Below, piece by piece: positions 9,616 through 17,762 of a stretch of 64,000 nucleotides of DNA. Both the position numbers and the translations under genes were made by a program. The first letter of the stretch is position 1. The number at the start of each line of letters is the position of its first letter. The DNA comes from an uncultured Lentimicrobiaceae bacterium (GTDB taxonomy: Bacteria; Bacteroidota; Bacteroidia; Bacteroidales; F082): contig CAYWLJ010000003.1 in NCBI GenBank assembly GCA_964459375.1, forward strand, positions 79,236 to 143,235. The letters run 5' to 3'. Under the pieces are notes generated by a model. That model was given only the letters and a program-made list of their open reading frames with translations. It did not search any database and was not told the origin of the DNA.

Positions 9616-9636
9616 GGCCAGGGCAAGTGCTGCCCG

Positions 9637-9644
9637 CAAAGATA
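9637..9644 (-). promoter_or_regulatory. candidate -7 box (TATCTTTG)
   Basis: Plus-strand caaagata, 22 nt upstream of the ATG at 9615. Confidence 0.45.
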
Positions 9645-9744
9645 GGCTTATACGAGGTATCAGAAACTTGATCCTTCGCGTTGAAATTTATGAAACAGGC
9701 AATGGTAATTCCGGAACAGCAGGGTAAATTCGCAATAAAAAACG

Positions 9745-10263
9745 ATGGACTTTATCAGCCTGGCCTCATTGCGATCGAGTGTGCGCAGCTATGACCCTTC
9801 GAAGCCGGTGGAAATGGATGTATTGCTCCGAGTACTGGAGGCCGGACGCATGGCCCCATCGGCAGCCAACCGGCAGCCATGGAAGGTATTGGTAGTGCGG
9901 CAGAGACAGCTGTTGACGCGCCTGCACAAGGCCTACGAGGCACCCTGGTTTGCCGATGCCCCTGTGGTGCTGGTGGTCAAAGGCTTTCGCCAGCAGGCCT
10001 GGACGCGGCGCTACGACGGCTGGAACAGCCTCGAAACCGACCTGGCCATTCTGATGGATCATCTGATTTTGGCTGCGCATGCCAAGGGACTTGCTACCTG
10101 CTGGATTTCGGCCTTCGACCCTGCCGTGCTTTCGCATGCACTCGGATTACAAGAGGGTGAGGAAGTATTCGCCATTACACCCCTGGGTTATCCCAAAGCA
10201 GGTGAAATAGCCACCAGGCCCAAGCAACGCAAACCGCTGGACGAGGTAGTACAATGGCTTTAA
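9745..10263 (+). CDS. nitroreductase family protein
   Basis: 172 aa. RSSVRSYDPSKPV and EAGRMAPSAANRQPWK motifs typical of the FMN nitroreductase fold. Confidence 0.85.
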   Translation: MDFISLASLRSSVRSYDPSKPVEMDVLLRVLEAGRMAPSAANRQPWKVLVVRQRQLLTRLHKAYEAPWFADAPVVLVVKGFRQQAWTRRYDGWNSLETDLAILMDHLILAAHAKGLATCWISAFDPAVLSHALGLQEGEEVFAITPLGYPKAGEIATRPKQRKPLDEVVQWL

Positions 10264-10778
10264 ACCTAAATACGGACGAGATAACCAGGCTATTCGGCCG
10301 ACCGTTTGGCAAAGCAGAAAAAAAGGCCATGGCTGCGGCCTTTGTTCAGCACCCGGCGATGATTAAAGCCTTGTTCGGCGCACTGCCTTCGGCCCCTGAC
10401 AGGCAGGCTGCCCGCATGGCCTGGGTGATAGAAGAAATATCCTGCCTCGAACGGGCAATGCTGGATGCGCACAAAAGCGACATTCTCACTCTGTTGTTTC
10501 ACTCCGACCTGCAAGCTGTGCTGCGCAATTTGCTAAAGGTATTGTTGTTGTACAGCACCGATGAGGCAGAGGCTACAGCACTATTCGACCGCTGCATACA
10601 CCTGGCTGCCAATCCTGTAAACGACATTGCCGTACGCTGCAATGCCTTCAGCTTGGCACACCATATTGCCCGCCAGTTCCCCGGACTGGAACAGGAATTA
10701 TTTCTACTGACCGATTTACTCGGGCGTGATGTCAGCGTCGGACTGTATTCAAGAACAAGAAAGTTGCTCAGGAAATGA
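10254..10778 (+). CDS. hypothetical helical protein
   Basis: 174-aa ORF overlapping the nitroreductase stop by 10 nt. All-helical, Leu/Ala-rich. No motif recognised. Confidence 0.45.
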   Translation: MALNLNTDEITRLFGRPFGKAEKKAMAAAFVQHPAMIKALFGALPSAPDRQAARMAWVIEEISCLERAMLDAHKSDILTLLFHSDLQAVLRNLLKVLLLYSTDEAEATALFDRCIHLAANPVNDIAVRCNAFSLAHHIARQFPGLEQELFLLTDLLGRDVSVGLYSRTRKLLRK

Positions 10779-10839
10779 AGCGTAAAATGCACTCAGGCCA
10801 TTCTGCCGCAATGCCTTAGTTTTTGGCCGTAAAGCCGGA

Positions 10840-12351
10840 TTATTTTGAGATAATAACCTTCTTTATTTCACGAAACCCATCGGACCTGTCAAACTGCAAC
10901 AGATAAACACCCGGCTTAAGGCTTGCCGAATCCAACCGACAAACCCCTTCGAAACGGAAGCTTTTGACCAAGGCACCCTCTAACGAATAAATAGTAGCAG
11001 TGGTGGGCAATAAGGATGTGCTTTGAATAGTAAGATGGCTCCGGGCTGGCATCGGAAACATGGAATATGCCTCTATCCTGTATGGCAGATGGTTATTTTA
11101 TCTTACAATATTACAACTGGCATCCATCTTCAGGTATAAAGCATCCTGCGTAGGGTAAGTATTGTAATACGTTACCGGAATCAAACAGCCTCCGTCTGAA
11201 GTAGCCATTAAACTACCACATGCAATACCACTGGTTGTACTGAAAAATGCAGAGTAGAGCAGCTGACCAAAAGTGGCTGTTTTATAAATAAATATCTGAT
11301 TGAAATTGACTGATGGAGTTTGATGGTTATCTCTTTGATACTTAGTGCCGCCAACAAACTGTACGCCCGGGTTGTAACTGCTAATACTTGCTCCTCTGGA
11401 ATCTTGGCCTTCAAAACCGATTACAAATGTGTTGATAATATTAGCCTGATCATTGACCTGAAGAACCTCTATTTCACTTATTGGTTGAGAATAGCCGGGA
11501 ACAAACTTCATTTTGTCGCGAATGATGAAACAGCTCTGATAATTATAGGGTTGTATCCTCACTCATAAAAATTCGTGTGGCAAACCCAATGAGAAAGTGC
11601 TTTCGAAGCCGAAATTCGCATCCAGTTGCAAAACGAAATTGAACCAGCTCCACATATAATATTTGTTATTTCCGACGGGTAAAAGGTAGAATGCATTATG
11701 ATCAAGTGTTTGCTCTTTGATTTGGATCGTTTCGCCACTTTGCGAAATTTCCATGAAGTAATAATGGTTGAGCCAATGCCTTGAGCAATAATTTTCCACA
11801 ACATTGCCATACGTTACTACATTGCCGTACTGATTCAGGATGATGGAGCCACTTGGCTCAATTTTCTTACCATCCAGACCATATAATGATTGCTGAAGGA
11901 TGTTTAGCGATTCATCCATCCATATAAGGCCTAATTTTTTTTCGTTAGAATCAGGATGAAACGCTGGGCCAGCTAAAAGGACGTGCCCATTATTCAAAAC
12001 GAGACCCTGATACAACATAATGTGCCAGTTGTCAATGAATTTCACATACACGCTATCAATTTTGGTCAGGTTCTTGTCAGTCGAAAGCAGAATGCTTCCC
12101 CAGGCTGTGAACGGATCACCTAATGTGCCATTGTCCTTTATTTTACATTCGAGCATTCCCAAAACATACCTGTTGGGTGTTTCAAGCGAAAACGCTGGCG
12201 CAACATATTCACCTGTACTGACCCAAATCGGTGGGGTAACCTGGCCATGAAGAGTATCTGATTGAGTAATCATTAATAATAAACCCAGCATGCCGACATG
12301 TGAAAGCAGACTTTGTATGGGGTTATTTGCGTATGCTCCTCTTTTTTTCAT
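10840..12351 (-). pseudogene. T9SS-secreted protein gene interrupted by two in-frame stops
   Basis: ORFs 11563-12351 (signal peptide), 11098-11562 and 10840-11061 are all in one frame. They are separated only by TGA (11563-11565) and TAA (11098-11100). The 3' end encodes a T9SS C-terminal sorting domain (FPMPARSHLTIQS ... LKPGVYLLQF ... KVIISK). Confidence 0.6.
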
Positions 12352-12389
12352 TGACTATTAATTTTAAAAAACAGATGTGTTATAAAAAA

Positions 12390-13476
12390 TCAATCAGGAA
12401 ACCCAATGTACGTACGACGGTAAATCTGTGCAACATATCGGTGCGAAAACCATGATTGAGTGCCGTAAGGATTGACCGGGTTGGGACACGGCCAGTTGAA
12501 ACACTGTACATCCCAACAATAGATATAAAACCAGCCAATAACTAAGTCAGGATTTCTGGTGTAGAGCGGGTTTGTTTCATCGATAACCTCTTTTGTTGAT
12601 AACAAGTACTGATTAAGAATCGGTCCGAACATTTTAAACTGACCGCACATCCCGTAATTTCAGAAAATTCTCAGTTCCGGAGTCCCCCCGACCGGGTATG
12701 CAGTTATATAAAGAGGGTAGTAGTATGTATAAACATAGGAAGGGTCAAAATAGTGCGGTGAGCCGCTGGAGAATTTTTCAAAATATCTATAGTTAGTCCT
12801 CATATATTGCGGATGATAAATGTTTATATCAGGGCTTTGTTCGGCCCAAAGCCACTCGTTTTGATCGAACAGAGGCATGTTTGAGCCAGGGGATAATGGG
12901 GTAATTAAAAATCGAACGTTGTTTCTTGGTCCGCCAGCAAATATTGACATTAATTGAACATGGTTCAAATCAAAGTCCTTCACGATTAGAGCTAATGACC
13001 AAAAGTTGAATCCGGAAGCTTGATTCGAAACGATTCTGTTTACAAACTCCAGGTATTGATTAATAATGTCCTGACCATTAATAATGGCAAACCATTTTCA
13101 GCGAAATATTCAATAGGTAATGTTTAATAGGCAGTATCAATAACCAAATAATCAATAGAGTCATTAATAAAACCATAATTTCTGTTGATTAATGCGCTTA
13201 CTACCCAAATCGCTTCATCAAGAGTGCGATCCATGGCCACACTAACAGATTTATTCCCAAACGCTTTAACATTATCAACTTCGTTATAAAAGGAATTAAA
13301 AATCACTTTAGCGAAATACGGTGATGGTGTGTATCCGTTGATTTTATTAATGAGACAATATTTATTAGGAATTAAAATTTCAGAGTGTTGCGATTTTTTG
13401 CAGGAAGTTATGCTTGCGATTATCAAAAGCAAAATAATATTAGCAATTGGTCGAAGAAGTATCGCCTTGTTTTCAT
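12390..13476 (-). pseudogene. decayed lipoprotein gene (unknown family)
   Basis: ATG at 13476 gives MKTRRYFFDQLLILFCF*, then a 1-nt frame change at a T-run restores ...LLIIASITSCKK (lipobox). There is a further frame change and stops at 13098-13126. An in-frame TGA at 12660-12662 separates ORFs 12660-12983 and 12390-12650. Confidence 0.45.
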
Positions 13477-13798
13477 GTTTTCATCAGTTCATTGTAAAAA
13501 TAACACCTCTGGAGTCTTGTTGTCAAGCAAAGCAAACAGGATTTGAAAAACTTCAAATGTAGAATTGTCAACAAACAGTTAAATAGCGCCTTACAAATTA
13601 TTCAGAGTTATTCTAACTAATTTTATCTATTATTAGCATTTGACATCCGACTATTCAATATTCATCGCCTGAATCTGAGAAGTTCATAAGCAATGTGCGA
13701 GTTCAAAATACCACATTTATTCTTGCGCTTGCTTTACAATGCAAAACAGCTAGGCCCGTTGGGGTCTGGCTGCCTTGTTCATTAGTTGTTGACTGGTT

Positions 13799-15976
13799 TC
13801 ATGGCCTTATCTGGCGGTCATTTTGTATGATCAGCAATTCGTTCATGATATGACTGGCGCCGGCAAAGCGGTCCACAATCAGCAAAACATAGCGGATATC
13901 CACACTGATGGTGCGTTGCAGCTCGGGCTCGTAGGCGATGTCGCCGCTCATGGCTTCCCAGTTGCCGTCGAAGGCGAGGCCAATGAGCCTGCCCTGGGCA
14001 TCGATCACCGGACTGCCCGAATTGCCACCGGTAATGTCGTGGTTGGTGAGGAAGTTGACCGTCATGCTGCCGTCGGGATTGCCATATATACCGTAATCCC
14101 TGTTTAGGATTATATTTTTGAGTTTTTCGGGCACTTCAAATTCCCAGGTGATGGGGTCTTCCTTTTCGAGTATGCCTTTGGTGGTGGTGATGTAGTTGTA
14201 GTGCACCGCATCTGCGGGGTAATAATCCTGCACTGTGCCATAGGTGAGGCGCAGGGTGCGGTTGGCGTTCGGATAGAAGGTGCGTTTAGGATACATCGTT
14301 TTAAGTCCGGCCACAAAAAGCCGGTTTCCGCTGCGAAGCATTTCGTTGGGTTCGGCCATGGCTTTCTGCAGGTTTTGGTTTACTTCGCCAAATGCCTTGG
14401 CGAGGGCAAAGGCAGGATCGGCAGCAATGGCTTTTGCTGTGGGCCTGACCAGCAGAGCCTGCGATTTTTCGAGGGTGGCAAACGATGAGCGCGCAAAAAC
14501 AGCCTTGGCTAAAGCGGCAAAGTTGTTCTTGTGTTTGGCGGCCATCGTTTTCAGCAATTCCGGATGAAACTCAGCAGGAACGTCCTTGTAATACATCTCG
14601 AGCATGCGGGCCAGCATGTTTATTTCCACCTGCAGGTCGTAGTTTTTAAAAGCTGCTTCAAGACCGGCATTCAGGCGATCGATTTCCTTTTTCACAGCCT
14701 CTGCATCCAATGGTTTCGCGTTGAGCAGCTCAAGCAGTCTGTTGTAACGGTTGGCAATGTTCAGGATTTCAGAGCCCGACATGATGGCTTCGACCATATA
14801 CCAGCGGGCGAGGTTGTAACGCTTGATTTGGTCATAAGCTTGCTCTATCAATGGAAGGGCTTTACCATACTGTGATTCCCAAGAGGGATTTGCGGTCAGT
14901 TTGTTGCGAAATTCTTCTTCGATGGCCAGTTTTTTGTCAACCACATCCAGCCTTTTCAGTCCTCGGGTCTGGCCGATGAAGTATTTCCAATAATTGGCTA
15001 CGCCGGCGTATTTGCTGGAGTATTGAATTCGCACTTTGGTCGAGGCTTCCATGCCTTCGTTCATGATGCGGAGCTTTTCTTCTCTGATTTTTACCCGAGT
15101 TGGATTAGACTCATCTATGGCCAATAGCACGCCCCAGGAGGTGAGGTATCGGTCGGTGCTGCCCGGGTTGCCCATGATCATGGCATAGTCGTCCTTTTTG
15201 ATTCCGTCAAGCGATATGGGCAGAAAATGGCGGGGTTTGAATGGCTTGTTGTCTTTGCTGTAGGTGGCCGGCTTGTTGTCGACTCCGGCATACACCCTGA
15301 AAATCGCAAAGTCGCCGGTGTGACGGGGCCACATCCAGTTATCGGTGTCGGCTCCGAACTTGCCGATGGATTCGGGTGGCGTGCCTACCAGCCGCACATC
15401 GCGAAACACCTCATAAACGATGAGGTAGTAGGCATTTCCTTCGAAATATTCGCTTACCGATGCGGTGTAGTGTGTGCCATCGGTAGCAGCTTTTTCGAGG
15501 GCGGAGCTGTTTTTGCGAATCAGATCGGCGCGTTCTTTACCGCTGGCATCGGCACTCACGCCTGCAAGCACTTTTTCGGTGACTTCTTCCATGCGGATGA
15601 CAAAGGTGACGGTGAGGCCGTTGATGGGGATTTCCTCTTCGAACGATTTGGCCCAGAAACCATTGCGCAAATAGTCTTTTTCGACGGTGCTGACGCTTTG
15701 AATGGCCCCGTAGCCGCAATGATGGTTGGTGAGGATGAGGCCTTTGTCGGAAATGATTTCGCCCGTGCAGCCACGGCCAAAAATAACGATGGCATCTTTG
15801 AGGCTTGGGTTTGTTTCGCTGTAAATCTGATCGGCCGAAAGTTTAAGCCCCAGCCGTTGCATGTCGGCAATATTGAGCTTTTCGACCATTTTAGGAATCC
15901 ACATGCCCTCGTCAGCCCGTGCTGGCATAACCACCAGGCTAATCGCGACAAACAGGAAAATAATGTAGCGTTTCAT
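13799..15976 (-). CDS. S46 family dipeptidyl-peptidase (DPP7/DPP11-like)
   Basis: Signal peptide then ADEGMWIP, LTNHHCGYG (His), ITGGNSGSPVIDAQGRLIGLAFDGNWE (Ser). The ATG at 15976 is preferred because the track's TTG at 16006 overlaps a -7 box. Confidence 0.9.
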   Translation of the reverse strand: MKRYIIFLFVAISLVVMPARADEGMWIPKMVEKLNIADMQRLGLKLSADQIYSETNPSLKDAIVIFGRGCTGEIISDKGLILTNHHCGYGAIQSVSTVEKDYLRNGFWAKSFEEEIPINGLTVTFVIRMEEVTEKVLAGVSADASGKERADLIRKNSSALEKAATDGTHYTASVSEYFEGNAYYLIVYEVFRDVRLVGTPPESIGKFGADTDNWMWPRHTGDFAIFRVYAGVDNKPATYSKDNKPFKPRHFLPISLDGIKKDDYAMIMGNPGSTDRYLTSWGVLLAIDESNPTRVKIREEKLRIMNEGMEASTKVRIQYSSKYAGVANYWKYFIGQTRGLKRLDVVDKKLAIEEEFRNKLTANPSWESQYGKALPLIEQAYDQIKRYNLARWYMVEAIMSGSEILNIANRYNRLLELLNAKPLDAEAVKKEIDRLNAGLEAAFKNYDLQVEINMLARMLEMYYKDVPAEFHPELLKTMAAKHKNNFAALAKAVFARSSFATLEKSQALLVRPTAKAIAADPAFALAKAFGEVNQNLQKAMAEPNEMLRSGNRLFVAGLKTMYPKRTFYPNANRTLRLTYGTVQDYYPADAVHYNYITTTKGILEKEDPITWEFEVPEKLKNIILNRDYGIYGNPDGSMTVNFLTNHDITGGNSGSPVIDAQGRLIGLAFDGNWEAMSGDIAYEPELQRTISVDIRYVLLIVDRFAGASHIMNELLIIQNDRQIRP

Positions 15977-16003
15977 GTTGTTGTGATTGTTGTTGAACGG
16001 GCA

Positions 16004-16011
16004 CAAAACTA
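16004..16011 (-). promoter_or_regulatory. candidate -7 box (TAGTTTTG) for the S46 peptidase gene
   Basis: Plus-strand caaaacta, 28 nt upstream of the ATG at 15976. Confidence 0.45.
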
Positions 16012-16253
16012 TGCAAAAGCCGCAAACATGGACTTAAAGGCCAGTCAAAGGCGGTGGCGGGCGGATTTTCGGAGATGAAATGGCATATACGAGTGTCAAT
16101 AGAAAGGGAGCCGGACGAATTGATTTAAAATTAGAAATGCACCCTATCCGGAATTTTTCTTACTTAAACAGGCAATGAAGGTATTCATCACATAGGCTAT
16201 GAAGCTTTCGGGAAATCCGAAAACTTTACTGCCGCGCGAAGAGCACAATGTTA

Positions 16254-16575
16254 TTTCTCGCTAAGACCGCGAAGGTTAACGCAAAGATCGCAAAGGGGTT
16301 TTTAGTACTATTTCTTTGCAAGCTTTGCGCCCTGTCTTTACGTGTTTTGCGAGAAATAGGTTTCACGCAAAGAGGTTTTTAGTACTATTTCTTTGTGTGC
16401 TTCGCGCCTTCCTGGCGTGCTTTGCGAGAAATACGTTTTCACGCGAAGACCGCGAAGGCTAAAGCAAAGATCGCAAAGGGATTATGGTCTTATTTCTTTG
16501 CGTGCTTTGCGCCCTGTCTTTGCGTGCTTTGCGAGAAAATGGAATCACGCAAAGGCCGTAAAGGTTGAGCCGGAA
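16254..16575. repeat. array of alternating inverted copies of a roughly 45-nt CTTTGCG/CGCAAAG palindromic unit (REP/MITE-like)
   Basis: Three forward copies of tatttctttgcgtgctttgcgccctgtctttgcgtgctttgcgagaaa (about 16310, 16386, 16491). Two full reverse copies (tttctcgctaagaccgcgaaggttaacgcaaagatcgcaaagg at about 16254; cacgcgaagaccgcgaaggctaaagcaaagatcgcaaaggg at about 16440) and two partial ones. Adjacent copies can pair into long hairpins. Confidence 0.8.
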
Positions 16576-16645
16576 CTCAGCCACGGCATAAAACTAAGCA
16601 CATGTTAATTTAAGGTCCTGATTCACCCTGAAGTGCAGGAAAGTT

Positions 16646-17623
16646 TTACCACCCCAGAATCCAAGCAAAAATTAGCGGAGCCACTATTGTGGCGTCGGAT
16701 TCGATGATGAATTTCGGGGTGTTGATGTCGAGCTTGCCCCAGGTAATTTTCTCGTTGGGCACTGCTCCACTGTAAGAGCCATAACTGGTTGTGGAGTCGG
16801 AAATCTGGCAAAAATAGGCCCAGTAAGGCACATCAGTCCATTCGAGGTCCTGATACATCATCGGAACCACACAGATGGGGAAATCGCCGGCTATGCCTCC
16901 GCCAATCTGGAAGAAGCCCACCCCATTTCCTGCCGAATTTTTACGGTACCAGTCGGATAGCCACACCATGTAGTCGATACCGCTTTTCATGGTTGTAGAT
17001 TTGAGCTCACCTTTGATGACATAGGAAGCAAAAATGTTGCCCATAGTGCTGTCCTCCCATCCCGGCACAACAATGGGCAGGTTTTTTTCGGCAGCGGCAA
17101 GCATCCAGCTGTTTTTTGGGTCTATTTCGTAGTATTGTTCGAGCACACCCGAAAGCAACATTTTGTACATGTATTCGTGCGGGAAGTAACGTTCGCCTTT
17201 TTCGTCGGCATCTTTCCAAAGCTTGAAGACGTGTTTCTGAAGCCTGCGGAAAGCATCTTCTTCCGGGATACAGGTATCGGTCACACGGTTGAAACCGTTT
17301 TCGAGCAGTTCCCATTCGTCCTGCGGACTAAGGTCGCGGTAGTTGGGCACACGTTTGTAGTGGTTATGGGCCACCAGATTCATCAGGTCCTCCTCGAGGT
17401 TGGCGCCTGTGCACGAGATGATCTGCACCTTGTCCTGACGGATCATTTCGGCCAGCGAGATGCCCAGCTCGGCGGTGCTCATGGCTCCGGCCAGGGTGAT
17501 CATCATTTTGCCGCTGGAAACCATATGGGCTTCGTAGGCTTTGGCGGCGTCCATGAGTGCGGCAGCATTGAAGTGCCTGTAGTGATGCTGTATGAATTGC
17601 GAAACAGGACCTTTGTTTTTCAT
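16646..17623 (-). CDS. deoxyhypusine synthase-like protein
   Basis: 325 aa. HYRHFNAAALMDAAKAY, ITLAGAMSTAELG, SCTGANLEEDLMN and GGGIAGDFPI resemble the DHS/homospermidine-synthase-like NAD-binding family. Confidence 0.8.
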   Translation of the reverse strand: MKNKGPVSQFIQHHYRHFNAAALMDAAKAYEAHMVSSGKMMITLAGAMSTAELGISLAEMIRQDKVQIISCTGANLEEDLMNLVAHNHYKRVPNYRDLSPQDEWELLENGFNRVTDTCIPEEDAFRRLQKHVFKLWKDADEKGERYFPHEYMYKMLLSGVLEQYYEIDPKNSWMLAAAEKNLPIVVPGWEDSTMGNIFASYVIKGELKSTTMKSGIDYMVWLSDWYRKNSAGNGVGFFQIGGGIAGDFPICVVPMMYQDLEWTDVPYWAYFCQISDSTTSYGSYSGAVPNEKITWGKLDINTPKFIIESDATIVAPLIFAWILGW

Positions 17624-17655
17624 GGCATTGATTTTCAGAAGGGTGAATTTGCCGG

Positions 17656-17663
17656 CAAAGATA
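17656..17663 (-). promoter_or_regulatory. candidate -7 box (TATCTTTG) for the DHS-like gene
   Basis: Plus-strand caaagata, 33 nt upstream of the ATG at 17623. Confidence 0.45.
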
Positions 17664-17762
17664 CGATTTTAGGATATTTTTGTGTACTAAGCAGGGCAAG
17701 CTTGCAATAGTGGTGAAAGAGATTGCAGCCTGATGTGCGATTGCAAAAACGGTGTGCGTCGT

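Noticed and set aside
11098-12662. In-frame TGA/TAA/TAG codons as programmed recoding (selenocysteine, readthrough, or an alternative-code phage region)
   Set aside because: All three stop codons are involved across the broken genes, and frameshifts accompany them. One TAG replaces a conserved Trp and one TAA replaces a probable Glu. I see no SECIS-like hairpin and no phage genes. Ordinary pseudogenisation explains everything.
10840-13798. Low-GC island as prophage, IS or integrative element
   Set aside because: No integrase, transposase, terminal inverted repeats or flanking tRNA are visible. There are only two decayed cargo-type genes.
15227-16078. Long ORFs antisense to, or out of frame within, clear genes (15227-16078, 46295-47143, 26608-27291, 58167-58847, 8168-8857, 21714-22373, 42972-43598, 61011-61619, 35745-36347, 40732-41310, 50272-50853)
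   Set aside because: Each lies entirely inside a gene with strong family motifs. They have no recognisable motifs, signal peptides or -7 boxes of their own. They are typical shadow ORFs in roughly 50 percent GC DNA.
16254-16575. Possible CRISPR array, because of closely spaced repeats
   Set aside because: The units alternate in orientation and pair with each other. The spacers are 7-30 nt and are themselves repeated. No cas genes are present. This is a palindromic REP/MITE-like array, not CRISPR.
16393-16608. 71-aa ORF in the repeat array
   Set aside because: It is composed of translated repeat units (RRPRRLKQRSQRD, ALRPVFACFARK) and is therefore spurious.
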